From an uncultured Clostridia bacterium (GTDB lineage Bacteria; Bacillota; Clostridia; TANB77; CAG-508), in assembly GCA_948524275.1 (NCBI GenBank), contig CAOSLI010000001.1, forward strand, positions 329,198-393,197: 64,000 nucleotides of DNA, written 5' to 3'. This document shows, piece after piece, positions 56,733-64,000 of this stretch (its first letter is position 1; the number at the start of each line of letters is the position of its first letter). The notes beneath the pieces are model-generated. The model was given only the letters and a program-made list of their open reading frames with translations, was not told the origin of the DNA and did no database searches. The translations under genes and the position numbers were made by a program.

Positions 56733-57476
56733 ATGAAAGAAATTAAATTATTATATTTATATCCAGATATGCTTGAATTATATGGAGATTATGGTAATAT
56801 TCAGGTGCTTAAATATAGATGTGAAAAAAGGAACATTAACTTAATAGTAGATAAATATTCAATTGGAATGGATGCTCCAGATTTTAGAGAATATGATATA
56901 GTTTTTGCAGGTGGAGGAGCAGATAACGAGCAAAGTATATTAGCAGAAGACTTAATAAAATACAAAGACAATATTAAAAAAGCTGTGGAAAGCGGAACAT
57001 TTTTTCTACTTATATGTGGTGCATATCAGTTATTTGGAAAGTACTATAAAGGTGTAGAAGGGGATATCATACCAGGATTAGATATATTTGACTATTTTAC
57101 AGAAGCACAGCCAGATAGAAGAAAAAGATGTATTGGTAATATTATAACTGAGGTTAATGTAAATGGAGAAACAACAAAAGTAATAGGCTTTGAAAACCAT
57201 GGTGGACAAACCTTTAATATCACATCACCATTTGGAAAAGTATTATTAGGAAATGGAAATAAATTTGAGGATAGCGAAGAGGGTTTTTTCATAAAAAATG
57301 TCATTGCAACATATCTGCATGGACCACTCCTTTCAAAAAATCCTAAAATAGCTGATTATATAATTAAGTACTGTTTAGAGAGAAAGTATAATGAAGAAAT
57401 TGTGTTAGAAGAATTAGATGATACATTAGAAGAAAAGTGTAGAGAACAATTGTTAAAAGAATTTTTAAATAAATAA
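56733..57476 (+). CDS. CobB/CobQ-like glutamine amidotransferase (GatD-like, lipid II isoglutaminyl synthase subunit family)
   Basis: LYPDMLELYGDYGNIQVL, catalytic LICGAYQLFG (Cys nucleophile), YLHGPLL (His). Confidence 0.6.
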   Translation: MKEIKLLYLYPDMLELYGDYGNIQVLKYRCEKRNINLIVDKYSIGMDAPDFREYDIVFAGGGADNEQSILAEDLIKYKDNIKKAVESGTFFLLICGAYQLFGKYYKGVEGDIIPGLDIFDYFTEAQPDRRKRCIGNIITEVNVNGETTKVIGFENHGGQTFNITSPFGKVLLGNGNKFEDSEEGFFIKNVIATYLHGPLLSKNPKIADYIIKYCLERKYNEEIVLEELDDTLEEKCREQLLKEFLNK

Positions 57477-57554
57477 TTTTTCATCTTTACAACTATTAAT
57501 TATTATTATACAATATTGATATCAAAAAATATAAGATTTTAGGAGAAAATAAAT

Positions 57555-58109
57555 ATGAAAAAAACATCAATTATCATTATTTCAATAGTAGCATTTATAG
57601 CAATAGTAGCAGCCATCATTATAGCCACAACATCAAATGGAGAAGAACCAAAGGATTTAAAACTTCAAACAACTGAAGAAATGCAAGCAATGCTAGATAC
57701 AATTTATTCTAGTGAAAAGGTTGAACTACCATCATTAGAAACAGTAGTTGTGGATAAAACTGATTTAGAACAAGTTACTACTTTTACAGGACTAAAGTCA
57801 AATGAAAATGTAGAGGAATTAGTAGTATCTGTACCACTTATGAATGCTCAAGCATATTCTTTAGCAGTTGTTAAAGTAAATGATAAAGCAAATATCGAGC
57901 AAATGAAACAAGAGATGTTAGACAATATAGATATGAGAAGATGGATTTGCGTTTCAGCAGAGATGCTATATATTACAAACTATGAAAATATTATATTTTT
58001 GGTAATGTCTAGTGAAGAATGGGCAAGACCAATATATAATGAATTCAAAAGTTTTGTTGGAAATGACATAGGTAAAGAATTAGAAAAATCTGAAACAATA
58101 GAATTTTAG
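57555..58109 (+). CDS. DUF4358-like membrane-anchored protein
   Basis: N-terminal TM anchor, about 150-aa extracytoplasmic domain. Confidence 0.4.
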   Translation: MKKTSIIIISIVAFIAIVAAIIIATTSNGEEPKDLKLQTTEEMQAMLDTIYSSEKVELPSLETVVVDKTDLEQVTTFTGLKSNENVEELVVSVPLMNAQAYSLAVVKVNDKANIEQMKQEMLDNIDMRRWICVSAEMLYITNYENIIFLVMSSEEWARPIYNEFKSFVGNDIGKELEKSETIEF

Positions 58110-58185
58110 TAAAGATTAAATAGAAATGATTTGACAAAGCTTCCAATAAAAAGGAAGCTTTATTGCTAATCAGAAGGTAGGAAAA

Positions 58186-59577
58186 ATGTTATTTACAAGT
58201 ATTAGCTTTTTGTACTATTTCATGCCAATTGTTATTACTTTATATTTTATGGTACCAAAGAAAATGCAAAATATTATATTATTTATTGCTTCAATAGCTT
58301 TTTATTTTTATGGAGAACCAAGATATATTTTATTGATACTGACAGAAATATTTATAGCATACTTAGGTACAATCCTAATTGATAAATACAGGAAAAAAAT
58401 TCTATTATTTATAGTCATAGGAATACATATTGCACTATTATGCATTTTTAAATATACAGATTTTATCATATCAAATGTAAATAGTGTATTTAATACTAAC
58501 ATATCTCTTTTAAGAATAGCACTGCCAATTGGTATCTCATTTTATACATTTCAAATACTTAGCTACGTTATAGATGTGTACAAAGGAAAAGTAAAAGTGC
58601 AAAGGAATTTTTTGAAACTAGCCACATATGTATCGTTATTTCCACAGCTAATTGCAGGACCAATTGTACGATATGAAACGATTGAAGATGAGTTGGATAA
58701 TAGAAAACATAACTTCGAAAATTTTGGATATGGAGTAAGCAGATTTACAATAGGACTTGCAAAGAAGGTATTAATTGCTAACTTATTAGGTGAATTATGT
58801 AATCAATTTACAAATGAAGATGAAAAAAGTATAATATTTTATTGGATATTTGCTATAAGCTATATGTTACAAATTTATTATGATTTTTCAGCATATTCAG
58901 ATATGGCAATAGGTTTGGGAAGAATATTTGGATTTCACTTTTTGGAAAATTTTAATTATCCATATATATCAAAAAGTATTACAGAATTTTGGAGAAGATG
59001 GCATATCTCACTAAGTTCATGGTTTAAAGACTATGTATATATACCACTTGGAGGTAATCGAAAAGGAATTAAAAAACAAATCAGAAATATTTTAACTGTG
59101 TGGTTACTTACTGGAATATGGCATGGAGCAAGTTGGAACTTTGTAATATGGGGAATCATGTTTGGAGTTATTTTAATTATAGAGAAAGTTTTCTTAGGGA
59201 AATATATAGAAAAGTTATCTAATATTTTCAAAAGAGTATATGTATTGTTTATTGTTATGATTAGTTTTATCATCTTTAATGCATCTAACATGCATGATGC
59301 ATGGAAAAATATCATTGGTTTATTTGGAGCGAATGGAGAAAGTTTTATCAATACATATACGATATACTATTTAAGAAGTTATATGGTAATATTGATAGCT
59401 GCAATTATTGGAGCTACACCAATACCTAAAAATCTAATATTAAAATTAAGGAAAAGCAAAAAAATAAATAATGTGATTAATATTTTAGAGCCGATATGCA
59501 TTGTTATACTACTGTTGGTTGTTACAGCTTATTTAGTAGATAATTCATATAATCCATTTTTATATTTTAGATTTTAG
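58186..59577 (+). CDS. MBOAT family membrane O-acyltransferase (DltB/AlgI/PatA-like)
   Basis: Multi-TM; conserved WRRWHISLSSWFKDYVYIPLGGNRKG with catalytic His. Confidence 0.8.
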   Translation: MLFTSISFLYYFMPIVITLYFMVPKKMQNIILFIASIAFYFYGEPRYILLILTEIFIAYLGTILIDKYRKKILLFIVIGIHIALLCIFKYTDFIISNVNSVFNTNISLLRIALPIGISFYTFQILSYVIDVYKGKVKVQRNFLKLATYVSLFPQLIAGPIVRYETIEDELDNRKHNFENFGYGVSRFTIGLAKKVLIANLLGELCNQFTNEDEKSIIFYWIFAISYMLQIYYDFSAYSDMAIGLGRIFGFHFLENFNYPYISKSITEFWRRWHISLSSWFKDYVYIPLGGNRKGIKKQIRNILTVWLLTGIWHGASWNFVIWGIMFGVILIIEKVFLGKYIEKLSNIFKRVYVLFIVMISFIIFNASNMHDAWKNIIGLFGANGESFINTYTIYYLRSYMVILIAAIIGATPIPKNLILKLRKSKKINNVINILEPICIVILLLVVTAYLVDNSYNPFLYFRF

Positions 59578-59588
59578 GAGGTAGAAAG

Positions 59589-60677
59589 ATGAGTGATAGA
59601 ATAAAAAACATAGTAGTTACAATATCTTTTCTATTGGTTATCATATCTATATTTCTAATAAATCTAATAAAAGAAGATACACAAATATCATTGACTGAAA
59701 GAAGAAAATTAGAGCAGTTTCCTAAATTTTCTATAAAAACATTATTGGATGGTAGCTTATTTGAAAAATTTGAAAAGTATACAATGGATCAATTTCCAGC
59801 AAGAGAGGAATTTAGAACTTTAAAAGCAAATGTAGAAATGAGTTTGTTAAAAAAACAAGATAGTAATAATATTTATCAATATAATGGAAAATTAGTAGAA
59901 CAACTATATCCACTAAACGAAAAATCAGTGGTGAATTTGACGAACAAAATGAATGAGATAAAAGATAAGTATATAACAAATGAAAATAAAGTTTATTATA
60001 CAATTGTTCCAGATAAAAATTATTTTGTAAATAAAAATAACCTAAAACTGGATTATCAAAAACTGAAAGATATAATGAGTAATCGTTTAAAATGGGCACA
60101 GTATATTGAAATATTTGATTGTTTGGAATTATCTAACTATTACAATACAGATTCTCACTGGAAACAGGAAAGACTGCAAAAAGTTGTAGATAGAATTGCA
60201 AGTAAAATGAACTTAAAATTAGATGATAATTATGAAGAGAAGAAAATAACTGATTTTAAAGGTGTTTATGCAGGACAATTTCCAGTTAAAATTGAAAATG
60301 ATGAAATAAGAGTATTAACAAATAATACAATAGAAAGTTGTATAGTATATAACTACGAAACTAACAAAAAAACAAAAATATATGATATGGATAAAATAAA
60401 TGCGCCAGATAAATATGATATATTCTTATCAGGAGCTGCACCACTAATTTCAATTCAAAATCCGAATAACCATAATGATAAAGAACTAATTGTTTTTAGA
60501 GATTCATATGGAAGTAGCTTAGTACCGCTATTAGTAGAAGAATATAGTAAAATAACATTAATAGATACTAGATACATATCTACAAGAATACTGGCAGAAT
60601 ATATAGATTTTAATGATAAAGATATATTGTTTATGTATAGTACATCCATTATTAACAATAGTACTTCCCTAAAATAA
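59589..60677 (+). CDS. DHHW-family protein (MBOAT partner, SGNH-like acyltransferase/esterase)
   Basis: N-terminal TM anchor; YYNTDSHWKQE (DHHW-type motif, here DSHW). Confidence 0.6.
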   Translation: MSDRIKNIVVTISFLLVIISIFLINLIKEDTQISLTERRKLEQFPKFSIKTLLDGSLFEKFEKYTMDQFPAREEFRTLKANVEMSLLKKQDSNNIYQYNGKLVEQLYPLNEKSVVNLTNKMNEIKDKYITNENKVYYTIVPDKNYFVNKNNLKLDYQKLKDIMSNRLKWAQYIEIFDCLELSNYYNTDSHWKQERLQKVVDRIASKMNLKLDDNYEEKKITDFKGVYAGQFPVKIENDEIRVLTNNTIESCIVYNYETNKKTKIYDMDKINAPDKYDIFLSGAAPLISIQNPNNHNDKELIVFRDSYGSSLVPLLVEEYSKITLIDTRYISTRILAEYIDFNDKDILFMYSTSIINNSTSLK

Positions 60678-60763
60678 AAGAAACATTGCTTTGTGTATTG
60701 CCAAATCAAAAAATATAGAATATAATAAACCATGTATAAAAATTCAGTTAGGAGGATATAAAT

Positions 60764-62146
60764 ATGATAGATTCAATGGATACAATAGTTAATTTATGCA
60801 AGGCAAGAGGATATATATATCCTGGCTCAGAGATTTATGGAGGATTAGCTAACTCTTGGGACTATGGACCTTTAGGAGTAGAACTAAAAAATAATATAAA
60901 AAATGCTTGGAGAAAGAAATTTATCCAAGAACAAAAAGATATAGTAGGATTAGATGCAGCAATTATTATGAATCCAGAAACTTGGGTTGCAACAGGACAT
61001 GTTGCAGGTTTTTCAGACCCATTAATTGACTGCAAAGAGTGTAAAACAAGACATAGAGCAGATAAGCTAATTGAAGAGTGGGCTCATGAACATAATCAGG
61101 ATATAGTTGCAGATGGTTGGACAGATGAAGAATTAGTAAACTACATAAATGATAATAAAATTGCATGTCCAAACTGTGGAAAAAACAATTTTACTGGAAT
61201 TAGAAAATTTAATTTAATGTTTAAGACTTTCCAAGGTGTAACAGAAGATAGTACATCAACAGTTTATTTAAGACCAGAAACAGCTCAAGGTATATTTGTA
61301 GACTTTAAAAATGTGTTAAGAACAACAAGAAAAAAGATGCCTATGGGTATTGCACAGATAGGAAAAGCATTTAGAAATGAAATAACCCCTGGAAACTTTA
61401 CATTTAGAACTCGTGAATTTGAACAAATGGAACTTGAATTCTTCTGTAAGCCAGGAACTGATTTAGAATGGTTTAAATATTGGAAAGAATTTTGCAAGAA
61501 ATGGCTTCTTGATTTAGGTATTAAAGAAGAAAATATTAGATTAAGAGACCATTCAAAGGAAGAATTAGTATTTTATAGCAAAGCTACAACTGATATAGAA
61601 TTTGCATTTCCATTTGGATGGGGAGAACTTTGGGGAATTGCTGATAGAACAGATTATGATTTAACTAGACATTCAGAGCATTCAAAACAAGATTTAAGTT
61701 ATTTAGATTCAGATACAAACGAAAAATACATTCCTTATGTTATAGAACCATCATTAGGAGCAGATAGAGTAGCCTTGGCATTCCTTTGCAACAGCTATGA
61801 AGTAGAAGATTTAGGAGAAGGAGATTCAAGGGTTGTAATGCATTTGCATCCAGTAATAGCGCCATATAAAGTTGCAATTTTACCATTATCTAAAAAATTA
61901 AATGAAAAAGCAAATGAAGTTTTCGATAAGCTTTCTAAGAAATTTAGCTGTGATTATGATGAGGCAGGTTCTATTGGAAAAAGATATAGAAGAGAAGATG
62001 AAATTGGAACACCATATTGCGTTACTATTGATTTTGATACACTAGAAGATAATCAAGTAACTGTAAGGGATAGAGATACAATGGAACAAATTCGTATTCC
62101 AATTGACGAACTTGAAAATTATATAAGTGAAAAAATTAAATTTTAA
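60764..62146 (+). CDS. glyQS: Glycine--tRNA ligase (homodimeric class II form)
   Basis: 460 aa; motif 1 [42 protein letters not shown] (motif 2), GADR (motif 3). Confidence 0.9.
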   Translation: MIDSMDTIVNLCKARGYIYPGSEIYGGLANSWDYGPLGVELKNNIKNAWRKKFIQEQKDIVGLDAAIIMNPETWVATGHVAGFSDPLIDCKECKTRHRADKLIEEWAHEHNQDIVADGWTDEELVNYINDNKIACPNCGKNNFTGIRKFNLMFKTFQGVTEDSTSTVYLRPETAQGIFVDFKNVLRTTRKKMPMGIAQIGKAFRNEITPGNFTFRTREFEQMELEFFCKPGTDLEWFKYWKEFCKKWLLDLGIKEENIRLRDHSKEELVFYSKATTDIEFAFPFGWGELWGIADRTDYDLTRHSEHSKQDLSYLDSDTNEKYIPYVIEPSLGADRVALAFLCNSYEVEDLGEGDSRVVMHLHPVIAPYKVAILPLSKKLNEKANEVFDKLSKKFSCDYDEAGSIGKRYRREDEIGTPYCVTIDFDTLEDNQVTVRDRDTMEQIRIPIDELENYISEKIKF

Positions 62147-62152
62147 TTTTGG

Positions 62153-62227
62153 CTAAGGGGTGTCCCCTTGGTCGACCAGAGGGACGTCCTTTTTGGTCGA
62201 CCAAAAGACCCGTCCCTCTGGTTGATG
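62153..62227. repeat. GC-rich palindromic intergenic repeat, copy 4 (inverted relative to copy 3)
   Basis: GCTAAGGGGTGTCCCCTTGGTCGACCAGAGGGACGTCCTTTTTGGTCGACCAAAAGACCCGTCCCTCTGGTTGATGAAAGG. Confidence 0.85.
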
Positions 62228-62243
62228 AAAGGAAAAAATAAAG

Positions 62244-63239
62244 TTGAGTGAAGATATTGGTATTGATTTAGGGACAACTACTGTAATTGCATATGTTAAG
62301 GGTAAAGGAATTGTATTAAGAGAACCTACAGTAGTGTCAATAGATAAAAACACAAAAGAGGCAATAAGCTATGGAAGAGAAGCGGAAAGAATGATTGGAA
62401 GGAATCCTTGCAATATTGATGTCGTAAGACCTTTAAAAGATGGAGTTATATCAAATTTTACTGTTACTATTAAAATGTTAAAACATTACTTAAAAAAAGC
62501 AATAGGAAAAAAATTATTAGCACCAAGAGTTATGATATGTGTTCCATCACAAGTAACTGAAGTAGAAAAGAGGTCAGTAGTAGATGCTGCTATTCAGGCT
62601 GGAGCAAAAAAGGTTTATCTAATAGAAGAACCAGTAGCTGCAGCAATCGGTGCTGGAATTGATATATCCAAGCCATCGGGAAACTTAGTTGTAGATATTG
62701 GTGGTGGCACAACTGATATAGCTGTTATATCTATTGGAGGTTCAGTTGTAAGCACATCAATCAAAATTGGAGGAAATAAATTTGATGAAGAGATTATAAA
62801 ATATATTAAGAAAAAGTACAAGGTTTTAATAGGTGAAAAGACTGCAGAAGAAATTAAAACTACAATTGGTTCAGCATATCCAATGGACGATGACAAAGAA
62901 ATGAATGTCAGAGGCAGAAACTTAAATAGTGGTCTTCCATCAGAAATAACAATAAACGATAAAGAAATACTAAATATAATACTTCCAGAAGCTCTTAAAA
63001 TTATAGAAGCTGTTAAATCAACAATTGAAAAAGCTCCACCAGAACTTATGGAAGATGTAAGCAGAAAAGGAATATACATGACAGGTGGAGGAAGCTTAAT
63101 ATATGGTATAGATAGACTATTGCAAGAAAGCATAGGCATAAATGTAATGATTGCACAAGATGCAGAGTCATCAGTAGCAATCGGAACTGGAAAAGCATTA
63201 GAAAACATAAAAATATTAGATGCAAAGGCTAGAAAATAA
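62244..63239 (+). CDS. mreB: Rod shape-determining protein MreB/Mbl family (actin-like)
   Basis: TTG start; IGIDLGTTTVIAYV, VDIGGGTTDIAVIS, GGGSLIYGIDRLL. Confidence 0.85.
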   Translation: MSEDIGIDLGTTTVIAYVKGKGIVLREPTVVSIDKNTKEAISYGREAERMIGRNPCNIDVVRPLKDGVISNFTVTIKMLKHYLKKAIGKKLLAPRVMICVPSQVTEVEKRSVVDAAIQAGAKKVYLIEEPVAAAIGAGIDISKPSGNLVVDIGGGTTDIAVISIGGSVVSTSIKIGGNKFDEEIIKYIKKKYKVLIGEKTAEEIKTTIGSAYPMDDDKEMNVRGRNLNSGLPSEITINDKEILNIILPEALKIIEAVKSTIEKAPPELMEDVSRKGIYMTGGGSLIYGIDRLLQESIGINVMIAQDAESSVAIGTGKALENIKILDAKARK

Positions 63240-63284
63240 AAAATAATGGATGTATAAATTGTTATAAAAAGAGGGGTAAATAAA

Positions 63285-64000
63285 ATGAATATAAATATAA
63301 AAATACCAAAACTTAAATTCAAAAAAATAAAAATGGACACAGTTGATGATTTAGACGATGTAAAGATTGATTATGAAAATCTAAAAAAAGAAGAAAGTAA
63401 AAAGACAAAAGTTGGACCATATCCTATCACAAATTATAAAACTGTTAAAGAATTCTTTTATAGATCTGTTAAATTATACCCAAAAGAAGACTGCATACTA
63501 GAAAAGCCAGACCATAAAGCTCCATACAAGACTGCTACATACGAAGAATTTGGAAGAGATGTAAATGCTTTAGGAACAGCTTTAGTAAAATTACTTAATC
63601 AAAAAGATAAAAGAGTTGTAATAATAGGCGAAACACAATATGGTTGGTATGTGTCTTATATGGCAATGCTTTGTCGGAGTTGGAATAGCTGTACCAATAG
63701 ACAAGGAACTTCCAACAAACGAAATTGAAAACTTAGTTAGGAGAAGCAAAGCAACAGCTATAATATATTCACCAAAAAAAGCAGAGGATATTAAAAAAAT
63801 AAGAGAAACAGTAAATGGAATAGAATATTTTATAGAAATGAAATCAGATAAACCATTAGAGGGAAGTGATGTAGGACTAAATTATCTAATAGAAAGTGGA
63901 AAGAAGATACTTGATTCTGGAGATACAAGTTTCGAAGAAATTGAAATTGATCCAGAGGAATTTAAATTATTGATATTTACATCAGGGACAACATCAAATG
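63285..64000 (+). pseudogene. AMP-dependent synthetase/long-chain acyl-CoA ligase with +1 frameshift; 3' end beyond window
   Basis: Frame 0 encodes ...VVIIGETQYGWYVSYMAML and then terminates at 63728. Frame +1 continues from about 63673 as VGVGIAVPIDKELPTNEIENLVRRSKATAIIYS...LLIFTSGTTSN (AMP-binding motif I) to the window end. The shift lies at ATGCTTTGTCGG (63666-63677, extra T). Confidence 0.65.

Noticed and set aside
56226-56740. tmRNA (ssrA) expected next to smpB
   Set aside because: Region downstream of smpB is occupied by a terminator and a minus-strand protein gene. No tRNA-like 3' end (…TCCACCA with T-arm) or resume-codon/tag reading frame found
20729-62227. Possibility that the GC-rich repeats form a CRISPR array
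   Set aside because: Copies are dispersed tens of kb apart in separate intergenic regions, have internal dyad symmetry, and are not arranged as repeat-spacer units. No cas genes present
62153-62353. Minus-strand 66-aa ORF spanning repeat copy 4 and the mreB-like start
   Set aside because: Created by the GC-rich palindromic repeat; overlaps the mreB start and has no RBS

Overview
AT-rich (about 27-28% GC) Firmicutes/Clostridia-like chromosomal window, mostly core genes on the + strand. From start to end:

- **1-1334:** 3' end of a P-type ATPase.
- **1.4-9.3 kb:** a tightly packed accessory island of small housecleaning-type enzymes (NUDIX x2, HAD remnant, GNAT, HD, cupin, DUF1653, PDDEXK nuclease YhcG-like) plus Bro-N and ORF6N phage-antirepressor remnants, ending at a tRNA-Thr(GGU).
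- **9.3-18.4 kb:** sigH, rqcH, der-plsY-gpsA, tex.
- **18.8-19.2 kb:** RNase P RNA (rnpB).
- **19.7-25.7 kb:** Rpn-family nuclease, frameshifted U32 peptidase, pro-sigK (uninterrupted), glgP.
- **25.8-34.0 kb:** an envelope/exopolysaccharide-like block: transglutaminase-like protein, 1005-aa GLUG-repeat protein with a pilin-like N-terminus, BcsA-like GT2 synthase, GH5 glucanase.
- **34.1-44.7 kb:** rpsO-pnp; a second processive GT2 translationally coupled to pnp, followed by a GT-C glycosyltransferase and a P-loop/Asp23 fusion protein; an in-frame cmk-plsC fusion; an S1-domain protein; typA.
- **45.0-63.2 kb:** SAM O-methyltransferase, cadherin-like surface protein, pfk, argS, a split Alg14/Alg13-like glycosyltransferase + flippase + glmM, fba, smpB, GatD-like amidotransferase, MBOAT+DHHW acyltransferase pair, glyQS, mreB-like.
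- **63.3-64.0 kb:** a frameshifted acyl-CoA ligase, cut by the window end.

The most unusual non-coding/small features are:

- two paralogous about 190-bp modules, each with its own sigma-A-like promoter, an SD-sequestering 5' stem, a 22-24-aa hydrophobic peptide ORF and an intrinsic terminator (type-I-toxin-like), at the 3' ends of tex and typA;
- a family of four GC-rich (GTCGAC-centred, GGGACG/CGTCCC-armed) palindromic intergenic repeats.

Several genes carry single-base frameshifts or in-frame stops; these may be true pseudogenes or sequencing errors. No CRISPR array, rRNA, integrase or transposase ORF was seen.
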